Shown: piece by piece, positions 43,249 to 54,399 of the stretch
Numbering within the stretch: position 1 is the stretch's first letter
Layout: each line of letters opens with the position of its first letter
Assembly: GCA_009914755.4 (NCBI GenBank)
Contig: CP086569.2
Coordinates: 19,936,001-20,000,000, forward strand
DNA: 64,000 nt
Direction of reading: 5' to 3'
DNA from: the human T2T-CHM13v2.0 reference genome, Homo sapiens
Made by a program: the position numbers and the translations under genes
The notes under the pieces: model-generated
The model's input: the letters and a program-made list of their open reading frames with translations, nothing else
Database searches by the model: none
What the model was told of the DNA's origin: nothing

Positions 43249-43862
43249 GGAGCCACGCATGGTGGCTCACGCCTATAATGCCAACACTTTAGGAGGCTGA
43301 GGCAAGCCCAGAAGTTTGAGGCCTATGAAACATAAGGAGACTCCATTTCTTTTTTTATTTTTATTTTTTGTTTGTTTTTTTGAGACTGAGTCTTGCTCTG
43401 TCACCGTGGCTGGAACGCAGTGGCACAATCTCGACTCACTGTAACCTCCACCTCCCAGGTAAGCAATTCTCCAACCTCAGCCTCCCGAGTAGCTGGGATT
43501 ACAGGCACATGCCACCATGCCTAGCTAATTTTTGTATTTTTTTAGTTGAGATGGGGTTTCGCCTTGTTGGCCAGGCTGGTCTCGAACTCCTGACCTTGTG
43601 ATCCACCCACCTCGGGCTTCCAAAGTGCTGGGATTACAGGCATGAGCCACTGCACTAGGCCAGGAGACCCCGTTTCTAAAAAAATAAAAGTAAATTAGCT
43701 GGACATGGTGGCACATGCCTGTGGTCCCAGCCACCCAGGAGTCTGAGGTGGGAGGATCGCTTCAGCCCGGGAAGTCAAGGCTGTAGGGAACCATGTTCAC
43801 GCCACTGCACTCCATAGTGAGCCACACAGTGAGATCCTGTCTCAAAAAAAAAAAAAAAAAAA
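43249..43862 (+). mobile_element. Alu SINE split by a nested Alu
   Basis: Left part 43249-43348 (ggagccacgcatggtggctcacgcctataatgccaacactttaggaggctgagg..) and right part 43663-43862 (..aaataaaagtaaattagctggacatggtggcacatgcctgtggtcccagcc.. poly-A). Confidence 0.85.
43349..43662 (-). mobile_element. Alu SINE nested inside the Alu at 43249-43862
   Basis: T-rich start, ..gagactgagtcttgctctgtcaccgtggctggaacgcagtggcacaatctcgactcactgtaacc..gcatgagccactgcactaggcc. Flanking duplication gagac(t/c)cc(a/g)tttc. Confidence 0.85.
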
Positions 43863-44263
43863 GGCTTGCTAAATGCTAAAATCAAGTGATATTAAACTAA
43901 GACCCAAAGGCTGAGTAACAGTTATCTTGGAGTTGTGATGGAGGCATCTGCATGGGAGACAGCGATAGATATGTCAAAGCCATGCCAAAAACTATGGTAC
44001 CTGGCTCAACTGAGGAAAGGAAAGGCCAAGGCAGCCAGAATGACGCAGGATCCGACTGGAGGCCTGAGGCGGGGTAAAAGAATGAGGCATGTATTCAGAA
44101 TTAGGCCACAATCATCATTTGGGATGTTATTAAAAAAAATAACATCTGAAGTTCTGCCTTATACATACATAAAACAATATAAGCTGAATCTGACTCTAGG
44201 TTAAGAGATGCCATGAAAAAGGTTTCTCAAACAAATAAAAGCCACTTAATAATAGAACCCCTG

Positions 44264-44500
44264 GGCCGGATGTAGTGGTTCCTGCCTGTAATCCCAGTAA
44301 CATGGGAGGCTGAGGTGGGCAGCTCACTTGAGCCCAGGAGTACAAGACCAGCCTGGGCAACATAGAGACCCTGTCTCTATATTACGAAAAGCAAGAGGCA
44401 GGAGAATCACTTGAACATGGGAGGCAGAGGTTGCAGCGAGCCGAGGTTGCAGCACTCCAGCTGGGTGACATAATGAGACTCCATCTCAAAAACAAATGAA
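44264..44500 (+). mobile_element. Alu SINE with internal deletion
   Basis: gggccggatgtagtggttcctgcctgtaatcccagtaacatgggaggctgaggtgggcagctcacttgagcccaggagtacaagaccagcctgggcaac.. Confidence 0.85.
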
Positions 44501-44596
44501 CAAATAATACACAATAAAATAATAGAAACGTCTATCAAAATTAATGAAGTGATCATTAAAGTGGATCATGTTCTAAGGCTAAAATGGCTTCTATGG

Positions 44597-44879
<283 letters not shown>

Positions 44880-46177
44880 CTAAGGCAATTATTTAGTTGC
44901 CTGAGTTCCAAGAGCTGAAGATTGACACCTTCTTTCATATGGTTTTACGATAAAAGCTAGAAAGTTGAATTGCACAGACATTCCATTTAAAATTTAAATT
45001 AAAAAAACACACACTGAAAACATTTCAACATTTCAAAACAGTAACTTTTAGTTATTTGAATTCATTCAATTTTTCTATAAAGTTTACCAAACGGGTCACA
45101 ATTCCTACAGAACACTGACTACACAGCAATTTAAATAAGTTGATACAACATGCTGTTAGATAAGCAATGTATCTTCACCTATTCACTAGCAAATACCTTG
45201 CTATTAAATAACACTCATCCACTACACTTACCATTTGACCGATGAAGAGACTTATACAAGGTAATGGACAGACCTAAACACTTATTTTGGCAACCAAATG
45301 TAGATTATTTTCTGAACCAGCATTTACTGATACTCTCTCTGTTATTTAATGGATGATGGGCTCATTGCCCATATGCAAAGTAAATTTCCTCTTACATTTG
45401 ATGAACCATTAATTTTACTATGTAAAACACCAAAGTACCAGTTGCAAAGTAATATTACAGGACTTGCTCAATCACTCTCAAAAGACACTAACAGAACTCT
45501 AAGTATTCCACGCAGCCAACATTTAATAAAAGAAATCAAGAGCTCAGAGACGCCAAATAAAATCTCAGGGTCTCTGATTTTGAACTATCCTAGTTATGCC
45601 ATTAATGGCATTTGCACACAACAAAAATAGTAACTGTTTCAATAGTACTTTTTCCACAAGCAATATCATCTTACATGTTGGCTGAATAAGTCTCATTGCC
45701 TCAAAAAGGATCAAAAGATTCTAAGTTTTGCAGTTCAACAATTGTGAACAATTTTATTTCTCATTTCAAGTGTAAAGGATATTGCTCAAATCACCGCATG
45801 AAACTCTCTCCTCATGTAAGAAAGCCTGAAATCTGATTTCTCTACCAAAAAAAAAAAAAAAATCCAGTTCTTGCAAATGGATACAAAACTACTCATAACC
45901 TGCAAAAACCATGAAACCTAAGCATGTTACATCTTAACTGTTATAAGAAAAATAGTTAAAGCAAAGGGAGCTGTCAGAGAATCTTCATTTTCCCAGTGTC
46001 TTCCAAAACTTCTTGGAACTCGTATACAAGAATACCTTTCAAAAACACAACAGAAGCAGAAAACGTCAATCGGGCACCAGGAAAAGAGCAGGCCTAGAGA
46101 AAAACCTAGACTCCCCTGCCACCGACCTTCCCAAATGACACAGATACAAGCGTTAACAGCACAATCCCTCTGAGAGG

Positions 46178-46372
46178 GGATTGAAACAATGTGGCAGGTA
46201 CGGACACACACACATACACACACACAGGACTGAATCAATGTGGCAGGGACACACACACACAAGACTGAATCCATGTGGCAGGGACACACACACGACTGAA
46301 TGTGGCAGGGACACACACACACACAGAATCCAAGTGGCAGGGACACACATACACACACTCTCACATCACTCC
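46178..46372. repeat. CA-rich ~35-bp minisatellite (5 units)
   Basis: gattgaaacaatgtggcaggtacggacacacacacatacacacacaca / ggactgaatcaatgtggcagggacacacacacacaa / gactgaatccatgtggcagggacacacacac / gactgaatgtggcagggacacacacacacaca / gaatccaagtggcagggacacacatacacaca. Confidence 0.75.
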
Positions 46373-46708
46373 CCACTCCCTTCCCCAACGCCCTGGATGA
46401 TGAAATGAGAAACGGAAATTAACATTTCAGGCAACGTCTCACATTGTTCCTTAAGGGCAAGAGCTGCTGTTGAAGCCGCCACCGCCGCCGCTTTCCTCCC
46501 AACTCCCTCCTCCGACCTGCCTACCCTCCCCCCTAATAACCCCCACACTGTTGGCCCGCATTCCAGTCCCTACTCGAACCTACGCGCGCCTCCAGCAACC
46601 CTGCCTTTCGCCCGCCCCCAGCAACCCTGCCTTTCGCCCGCCCCTTCCGGCTGGGATCCCGGCAGCTGCCTGCTCTCATTCCAGAAGAGCAATAATAATA
46701 GGAACGCT

Positions 46709-47018
46709 GGCCAGGCGCAGTGGCTCACTCCTGTAATACCAGCACTTTGGGAGGCCAAGGTGAGCGGATTACGAGGTCAGGAGATCGAGACCATCCTGGC
46801 TAACACGGTAAAACCCCGTCTTTACTAAAAATACCAAAAAAATTTAGCTAGGCATGGTGGGGGCGCCCGTAGTCCTAACTACTCGGGAGACTGAGGCAGG
46901 AGAATGGCGTGAACCCGGGAGGCGGAACTTGCAGTGAGCTGAGATCGCGCCATTGCACTGTAGCCTGAGCGACTGAGCAAGACTCCGTCTCAAAAATAAA
47001 TAAATAAATAAAATAAAA
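46709..47018 (+). mobile_element. AluY-like SINE inside the CpG island
   Basis: ggccaggcgcagtggctcactcctgtaataccagcactttgggaggccaaggtgagcggattacgaggtcaggagatcgagaccatcctggctaacacggtaaaaccccgtctttactaaaaatac..ctcaaaaataaataaataaataaaataaaaag. Confidence 0.9.
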
Positions 47019-47099
47019 AGAATACTACTACTAATAATAATAGGGACGCTGAGAATAACAACTACGACCAGAACCGAACAGCGAAGGCGCCCCTGTTGT

Positions 47100-47480
47100 G
47101 TGTTAGAAGTCGGCGCCCCCCGAGTTCCGCAGCAGTCAACACCTGCCCAGGGCCCCCCTCGGCAGCCCCTCACAGCAGCCCCCGGGCTCCCAGAACCCCC
47201 AGGCGCTCCCGGAAGCCCCCAGTCGGTCCCCCACAGCCCCCTGGGGACCTTCTGCCCCGCCAGCCCCGCCCCGGAGCCCCCCGTCCGCCCCGCACAGCGG
47301 CCTCGGGTCCCCCTAACCGTCGCTCCGAGCCCCTCGAGCTCCCAAGCCCGCTTGGAGCCCCCTGTTGGCCCTTCACGACCTCCCCGAGCCCCCAAAGTCC
47401 ACCGCCCACCCCGATCCCGGCCCTCCAGGCCTGACCCAAGGCCCACACAGCAGCTCTGTCGGCTGGGAAGGCCTGCAGGC
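47100..47480. repeat. Cryptic degenerate C-rich (plus) / G-rich (minus) ~20-27-bp repeat inside the CpG island
   Basis: Successive units ggctcccagaaccccca / ggcgctcccggaagccccca / gtcggtcccccacagccccct / ggggaccttctgccccgccagccccgc / cccggagccccccgtccgccccgcacagc / ggcctcgggtccccctaaccgtcgctcc / gagcccctcgagctcccaagcccgctt / ggagccccctgttggccc..; translates to proline-rich low-complexity ORFs in two frames. Confidence 0.5.
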
Positions 47481-48729
47481 TGCAAGGCCGCGCGAATGCC
47501 CCGGGCCAGCCCCAACCACTGTCCCTAGGCCAGCGGCGTCTCTTACTGGGATTCGAAGACTGGACGGCTCCCCGGCGGCTCAGCGGCGGGGCGCGAGCGC
47601 TGCCCATGCAGCCCGTGGCGGCGTTTCCCCGGCGGCGCTACCGCAGCGGGAAGGCGGAGCAGGCTCGAGGCCTGGCCGAATTGCGGGCAGGCGGTATGCT
47701 AGCCCGCCACTCGGCTGCGCGGCACCTGTTGCGGAGGACTACTGAGGGGGCATCTGGCCGCAAGCTCACCGGAGGCGCCTCCCCAACTGAAGATCTCGGT
47801 CCATCTCAGGGTGGCCTCTGACTCTCCGACCCGGCGCTGGTGCAGGCTGCATGAGAAGCTCTGGCCCATTGTCCCCGCACCCCACACCCCTTATCCGTCA
47901 CAGCCATTGGCCCGCCCCAGTTGGCCGCAGGGACTGAGCAAGTTATGCGGTCGGGAAGACGTGCGTTAAAGGGCTGAAGGGGAGGGACGGAACTGACAGT
48001 CTCTGTGACAGCTCTGAGGTGGGAGTAGGAGGACGTCGCATTGACGATTGGGCAGGGTCCTGCGTAAGGGAGCACACGACCCTGGAAGTAGCGAGCAACC
48101 GGATTGGCGGTTTCCTTCGCAAACGTCTTGCCTTCTGGGGCCTGGCAATTGGTCTTTCCAAGTGTCGGAAGCGACGGGGATATGGTCTGGAAACATCTGG
48201 TTTTGAACATCTGGTATTGAAGCGCTGGGAGGCAAAACGTCTGCCCCGCGCGCCCATGCGGCGAGTGTCGGTCCGTGCCCCTGCTCAAGGACAGCTCGGG
48301 CCACGTGCGCCCCGGTCCCCAGAAGGCCTGGCTCCGGACTGTGCTGCCCTGGGGCGTCACTGGGCAAGGAGAGCAGTGGGTCGGCGTCGAGGGGAGGGGA
48401 CCTGGGCTTCGGAGCGGTTGCTCCGGGTGGGCACTGGCCGCGCAACCCCTCTCCCGCGCAGAGACGCTAGCTCCACCGTGAGCGGGAACGGCCCTTGGGC
48501 GGGTTGTAGCGTTGGCTCCAGATTCCCTGGGTCTCGCGCACTGAGAGCCTGAGCCGCCTGAGGGAGGCAAAGCGCCCTGGAGCCGCGTCCCCTGCCTTGC
48601 AAGTTAGTTCTCCAACACGCGAAAAGGGTAGAGAGAACTGATGCGGTGACAGAAGCATTGGGTGAAGTTCACTTGGCACCACCCAATTTCTAATTCAGCC
48701 ATATTTTTCATAGTTCTACAAACAAACGT

Positions 48730-49410
48730 CCAGCTGGGTCTGGGTGCTGTAATCCCTGCACTTTGGGAGGCCCAGGCGAGAGGCTGTATTGAAGCCAAGA
48801 GTTTGAGACCAGCCTGGGCAAAACAGCAAGACTCCATCTCTACAAAAGTTTAAAAAATTATGTAGATATGATGGTGTGTGCTGCTAGTCCCAACTACTTG
48901 GGAAGCTAAGACGAGAGGATCGCTTGAGGCCAGGAATTTGAGACCAGCCTGGACTCCATGTATAGAAATATGTATGTGTGTGTGTGTGTGTATTTAAAAA
49001 TATATATGTGTATGTGTGTGTATATGTGTGTGTTTATATGTGTGTGTATATATGTGTGTGTTTGTGTGTGTATATATATATAGATGGGTGTGATTGTGCA
49101 CACTTGTGGTCCCAGCTACTTGGGAGGCTGAGGTAGGAGAATCACTGAGCCTTGGAGGTTGAGACTCTAGTGAGCTATGACTGCACCACTGCACTTCAGC
49201 CTGGCCAACAGAGCAAGACCTTGTCTTGCTCTGTTTTCATATATATATATGCTGGGTATGGTGGCGCACACCTGTGGTCCCAGCCACTCAGGAGGCTGAG
49301 ATGGGAGGATTGGTTGAGTCCAGGAGGTCAAAGCTGCAGTAAGCCATGATTGCACCAGTGCACTCTTTCCTGGGCCACGGCAAGACTCTGTCTCTAAAAA
49401 AATAAAAGGG
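48730..49410 (+). mobile_element. Cluster of rearranged Alu fragments with an embedded (TG)n/(TA)n microsatellite (48960-49090)
   Basis: ccagctgggtctgggtgctgtaatccctgcactttgggaggcccagg..; gtgtgtgtgtgtgtatttaaaaatatatatgtgtatgtgtgtgtatatgtgtgtg..; ..cccagctacttgggaggctgaggtaggagaatcactgagccttggaggttgagactctagtgagctatgactgcaccactgcacttcagcctggcc..; gctgggtatggtggcgcacacctgtggtcccagcc.. Confidence 0.8.
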
Positions 49411-49504
49411 CACAGACACCCACAGAGGGATGACCACGTGAGGATGCATTGCTTGAGCCTGGGAAGTTGTGGCTACACTGAGCTGTGATCACGCCACTGC
49501 ACTT

Positions 49505-49705
49505 ACCAGGCTCAAGTGATCCTCCTGCCCTAGCCTCCTAAGCAGGTGAGACCACAGTTTTGTGTCACCACTCCCGGCTAATTAATTATTTGTAGAAATG
49601 AAGTTCTAGGTTGCTCAGGCTGGTCTGAAAATCCTGGGCTCCAGTGATCCGCCTTGGCCTCCCAAAGTGCTGGGATTATAGGCATGAGCCTCTGTGCCCA
49701 GACCA
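49505..49705 (-). mobile_element. Alu fragment
   Basis: ..ggctcaagtgatcctcctgccctagcctcctaagcag..ggctggtctgaaaatcctgggctccagtgatccgccttggcctcccaaagtgctgggattataggcatgagcctctgtgcccag. Confidence 0.8.
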
Positions 49706-49781
49706 ACTGAATTCTTAATTGGTGTCTTGGTAGTTCATTAGTTAATCTGCCTCAGTTTCCTTTAAATGTTTGACCCTAGGC

Positions 49782-50088
49782 CGTGCACAGTGTCTCTGGC
49801 CTGTAATTCCAACACTTTGGAGAGAAGTGTTTGGGATACTGAGGTGGGCAGATCACCAGAGGTTAGGAGTTCCAGACCAGCCTGGCCAACATGGTGAAAC
49901 CCTGTCTCTATTAAAGATACAAAATTACCCAGGCGTAGTTGTGGGCACCTGTAATCCCAGCCACTCGGGAGGCTGAGGCAGGAGAATTCCTTGAACTCGG
50001 GAGGGAGAGGTGGGTAAGCTTCAGTTGCACCACTGCACTCCAGCCTGGGCAACGAGAGTGAAACTCTGTCTCAAAAACAAAACAAACT
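49782..50088 (+). mobile_element. Alu SINE
   Basis: ggccgtgcacagtgtctctggcctgtaattccaacactttggagagaagtgtttgggatactgaggtgggcagatcaccagaggttaggagttccagaccagcctggccaac.. Confidence 0.85.
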
Positions 50089-50224
50089 AAAAAATACTGA
50101 GCTTGTCCTCTGGCTAAGCTCTATTAAGAAGGTTGTGTGCTGTCATCCTGTTGTACGTATTTGAGAAAAGTTCTAGATTTCACTTCTTGTCCATCTTTCA
50201 TTTGATCTTTAACAAAAAAACAAA

Positions 50225-50437
50225 TGGAGACAAGGTCTTGCTCTGTTGGCCAGGCTGAAGTGCAGTGGTGCAGTCATAGCTCACTAGAGTCTCAACCTCC
50301 AAGGCTCAGTGATTCTCCTACCTCAGCCTCCCAAGTAGCTGGGACCACAAGTGTGCACAATCAAACCCATCTAATTTTTTTTTTTTTTCACTTTTTGTAG
50401 CAGTGAAGTCTTGATCGCCTGGCTTCAAGTGAACCTC
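50225..50437 (-). mobile_element. Alu SINE (right part), split by the HERV-W-like provirus; continues at 58000-58063
   Basis: ..gacaaggtcttgctctgttggccaggctgaagtgcagtggtgcagtcatagctcactagagtctcaacc..ctaatttttttttttttcactttttgtagcagtgaagtcttgatcgcctggcttcaagtgaacctc | provirus | cttccagctcagcctcccaaatcacgctattacaagcatgagccactctttgtggccgcc. Confidence 0.8.
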
Positions 50438-51196
50438 TGGAGAGACAGGACTAGCTGGATTTTCTAGGCCAACTAAGAATCCCTAAGCCTAGCTGGGAAG
50501 GTGACTACATCCACCTTTAAACATGGGGCTGGCAACTTAGCTCACACCCAACCAATAAGGTAGTAAAGAGAGCTCACTAAAATGCTAATTAGGCAAAAAC
50601 AGGAGGTAAAGAAATAGCCAATCATCTATTGCCTGAGAGCACAGAGGAAGGGACAATGATCGGGATATAAACCCAGGCATTCAAGCCAGCAATGGCTACC
50701 CTCTTTGGGTCCCCTCCGTTTGTATGGGAGCTCTGTTTTCATGCTATTTTAAAGTCTTGCAACTGCACACTCTTCTGATCCATGTTTGTTACAGCTTGAG
50801 CTGAGCTTTTGCTCACCATCCAGCAATGCTCTTTGCCACCATCACAGACCCGCCACTGACTTCCATCCCTCTGGATCCAGCAGGGTGTCAGCTGTGCTCT
50901 TGATCCAGTGAGGCACCTGTTGCCACTCCCAGTTGGGCTAAAGGCTCACCATTGTTCCTGCAAGGCTAAGTGCGCGGGTTTGTCTAGTTGAGCTGAACTA
51001 GTTGAGCTGGGTTCCACAGTTCTCTTCTGTGACCCATGACTTCTAATAGAGCTGTAACACTCACAGCATGGCCCGAGATTCCTACTTGGAATGCATGAGG
51101 CCAAGAACCCCAGGTCAGAGTAGAAGAGGCTCACCACCATCTTGGAAGTGGCCCCCACCATCTTGGGAGCTCTAGAAGCAAGTCCCCCTGGCAACC
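50438..51196 (+). mobile_element. 5' LTR of HERV-W-like provirus
   Basis: TG..CA boundaries; TATA-like gggatataaacccagg; ctattttaaagtcttgcaactgcac (polyA-signal region). Confidence 0.65.
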
Positions 51197-51199
51197 TTT

Positions 51200-51217
51200 T
51201 GGCAACCACAAAGGGAC
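51200..51217 (+). promoter_or_regulatory. Primer-binding site (tRNA-Arg-like), CpG-decayed
   Basis: tggcaaccacaaagggac, 4 nt after the 5' LTR; corresponds to TGGCGACCACGAAGGGAC-type PBS of the HERV9/HERV-W group with CG>CA changes. Confidence 0.55.
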
Positions 51218-53395
51218 CTCCAAAGCAGTGAGTAATATTGGACCACTTTTGCTTGCTATTCTGTCCTACCCTTCCTTAGAATTGGAGGAAAATACTGGGC
51301 ACCTGTCAGGTAGTTAAAAACGTTAGCATGGTGCTGGACTTAAGACTCAGGTATGAGGCTGTCTGGGATAGAGCTTTCTAACAATCTCAACCCTTCTTGG
51401 TCGGGAGCATTGGTCTGCCTAGAACCAGCATCCTCTTTGATTATTCCTGGGGAAGCAGAGGGCTAACTAGAGGCAGAAAGCTGTCATCCCTAACTCCCAG
51501 CATTAGCTGTTTGAGATCATGGTGCAGCCAGAAGTCTCTACTCAACAGTCGCCCATGCGTGTGCCCCCACCTTTCCTTCTGATCTATACCTCCTGGGTCC
51601 TGACCATGACTTTCTTGAAAGTGTAGCCCCAAAATTCTCCTTACTTCTGAATCTACTTCCTCCAATCCCTGCCTCCTAATTAATAATGGTTCAGACTTTC
51701 ATTTCCTCTAGCAAGTTGTATCTCCAAAGGGATCTAAGGAAGCTCTAAGCTGCATCCTTAGGCCCCTAGGCTATGAACCCAGAGAGTCTTTTCCCTGATA
51801 TCCCTCCCAATTTATGCATACAGCTCTCAACATGGGCAGTTATGTGGGACCCATTCCCCACTACCCTTGCCAAGGCCCCAGGTTTCTAAAGGGCTAGCAG
51901 AAAACAGAGAGACAGAGGGGAGAGAAAGAGAGAGAGGCAAAGCAAGAGTCAAAAAGAGAAAGAAAGAAGAAAGAGAAAGAAAGATAGAAGAAAAAAACAG
52001 TGTGCCCTATTCCTTTAAAAGCCAGGGTAAATTTAAAGCCTGTAATTGATAATTGAAGGTCTTCTCCAAGACCCTATAACACTCCAATACTACCTTGTTG
52101 GCATTGTAAACAAGGTCATAACCTGAAAACACTGAGACCACTGGCAACTCGTAGCCATCCTATCAAAAATCCTTAACCCAGGAACCTACAGATGGCCCAA
52201 ATGCATTCAATTTGTAGCAGTAACTACTTTGCTAACAGAAGAAAGTAGAAAAGTAACTTTTGGGCGAAACCTCTTTGTGAGCACATCTCACCATTTCAGA
52301 ATTATTCTAAGTCAAAAAAGCATAAAGGTAGCTTACTAACTCAAAAATCTTAAAGTATGGGGCTATTCTTTAGAAAAAGGTGATTTAACATTAACCACTG
52401 AAAATTCCCTTAACCCAGCAGATATCCTAACAGGGAATTTAAATCTTAATTGCCATACAAAAGTCCGACCACACCTACGAGGAACTCCCTTCAGGACAGG
52501 AGGATAGATGGTTCATCCCAGGTGATTGAGGGGGAAAAAACAAAAATACAATGGTTATTCAGTAATTGATAGGGAGACTCTTGTGGAAGCAGAGTTAGGA
52601 AAATTGCCTAATAATTGGTCTGCTCAAACGTGCTAGCTGTGTGCACTCAGCCAAACATTAAAGTACTTACAGAATCAAAAAGACTGTACCTCAATCCTGA
52701 CTCAAAAGGTTACCTACACCCTCTCTGAAATAAATTTGCGTAAGAACTGTTGTTTATAGCAATGCATATTGATGGGGCAGCTGGGTTGTTATGAAATACT
52801 CAGGAACCCAGCCCAGCTCTAGAACTCACCTATGAGTACAAAGGCAATGTTGGGCACACTTGGTAAAGGACCACTAGAATCCAGCAGCCCAGACCACTTT
52901 CTTTCTTGGTGGTCAAGAAGGGCAGGAAAACAGGTACAGTACTGCCGCATTGGTGAGCATAACTTATCCATTAAGCAGAAGTCCATTGGTGGTTACACAC
53001 CCTGGAAAAGTATAAGCATTATGACCATAGAGGACACTCTAGGACTAATGCTCATCAGAAAATGACTGGGGTGCTGATATTCCCCCCAAGGCAAACATTC
53101 CCTCCAAGGCAAAGATGCCCCAAAGATGTATTCTGGAGTATTCAGCCCAGTCAGAGAATATGTACCTGTTTCCTTGTCAGACTTGAAGAAAATTGAAATA
53201 GACCTAAGTAAATTCTCAGATAACCTTGATGGCTATGTTAATGTTTTGTAAGGGTTAGGACAATCCTTTGACCTGACATGGAGAGAAATAATGTTACTGC
53301 TAGATTGGACGCTAACCCCAAATGAGATAAGTGCCACCATAACTGCAGCCTGAGAGTTTGGCAATCTCTGCTCTCTCCATCAGGTCAATGATAGG

Positions 53396-53806
53396 ATGAC
53401 AACAGAGGAAAGAGAACAATTCCCCACAGGCCAGCAGGCAGTTCCCAGTGTAGACCCTCAATGGGATGCAGAATCAGCAAATGTAGATTTGTGCCACAGA
53501 CATTTGCTAATTTGTGTGCTAGAAAGATTGAGAAAAACTAGGAAGAAGCCTATAAATTATTCAATGATGTCCACTATAACACAGGGAAAGGAAGAACAGC
53601 CTACTGCCTTTCTGGAGAGACTAAGAAAGCCGCTGAGGAAGCATACCTCTCTGTCACCTGACTGTGTTAAAGGCCAACTAATATTAAAGGATAACTTTAT
53701 CACTCATTCAGTTGCAGACATTAGAAAAAAACTTCAAAAGTCCACCTTTGGCCTGGAGCAAAACTTACTATACCCTATTGAACTTGGCAACCTCATTTTT
53801 TTATAA
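53396..53806 (+). pseudogene. gag capsid C-terminal remnant
   Basis: MTTEEREQFPTGQQAVPSVDPQWDAESANVDLCHRHLLICVLERLRKTRKKPINYSMMSTITQGKEEQPTAFLERLRKPLRKHTSLSPDCVKGQLILKDNFITHSVADIRKKLQK.. (gammaretrovirus-like CA: ..ITQGKEE.P.AFLERL..). The upstream frame shows ..DLTWREIMLLLDWTLTPNEISATITAA.EFGN.. (52830-53390). Confidence 0.6.
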
Positions 53807-53829
53807 TAGAGATCAGGAAGAGCAGGCGG

Positions 53830-53960
53830 CAAATTGAATGCCTAATGGGGCTTGCTTCCAGTGCAGTCTGCAAGGACACTTTAAAAAGATTGTCCAAATA
53901 GAAATAAGCCACCCCCTCATCCATGCCCCTTATGTCAAGGGAATCACTGGAAGGCCCGCT
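53830..53960 (+). pseudogene. gag nucleocapsid zinc-knuckle remnant
   Basis: MPNGACFQCSLQGHFKKDCPNRNKPPPHPCPLCQGNHWKAHCPRG (CX2CX4HX4C). Confidence 0.65.
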
Positions 53961-54039
53961 GCCCCAGGGGATGAAGGTTCTCTGAGTCAGAAGCCACTAA
54001 ACAGATGATCCAGCAGCAGGACTGAGGGTGCCCAGGGCA

Positions 54040-54360
54040 AGTGCCAGCCAATGCCATCACCCTCACAGAGCCCCAGGTATGCTTGACCATTGAGGGCCAG
54101 GAGGTTAACTGTCTCCTGGACACTGGCATGGACTTCTCAGTCTTACTCTTCTGTCCTGGACAACTGTCCTCCAGATCTGTCACTATCAGAAGGGTCCTAG
54201 TATAGCCAGTCACTAGATACTTCTCCCAGCCACTAAGTTGGGACTGGGGAACTTTACTTTCACATGCTTTTCTAATTATACCTGAAAGCCCCACTCCCTT
54301 ATTAGGGAGAGACATTCTAGCAGAAGCAGGGGTCATTATACACCTGAACATAGGAGAAGG
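54040..54360 (+). pseudogene. protease remnant
   Basis: ..LTIEGQEVNCLLDTGMDFSVLL..IIPESPTPLLGRDILAEAGVIIHLN (D-T-G active-site motif at ~54117). Confidence 0.55.
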
Positions 54361-54399
54361 AACACCTGTTTGTTTCCACCTGCATGAGGAAGGAATTAA

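Larger units (their letters stand above)
46440..48600. promoter_or_regulatory. CpG island (~2.1 kb), probable promoter (possibly bidirectional); interrupted by an AluY at 46709-47018
   Basis: Very high CpG density and GC content throughout (..gccgccaccgccgccgctttcc..ctacgcgcgcctcc..gcggcgtttccccggcggcgctaccgcagcgggaaggcggagc..cgcgcgcccatgcggcgagtgtcggtccgtgcc..). Spurious long ORFs lie on both strands, typical of CpG islands. Confidence 0.6.

Noticed and set aside
46844-47515. 223-aa minus-strand ORF spanning the AluY and CpG island
   Set aside because: Its C-terminal third is the reverse-strand translation of an Alu (..[33 protein letters not shown]..), and the rest is Gly/Arg-rich CpG-island sequence. 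It is a composite artefact.
47806-48570. 254-aa minus-strand ORF (and overlapping 159/177-aa ORFs) inside the CpG island
   Set aside because: Arg/Pro/Gly/Ala-rich low-complexity translation with ORFs of similar length in several frames on both strands. This is the usual statistical consequence of stop-codon-poor GC-rich DNA, not evidence of a gene.
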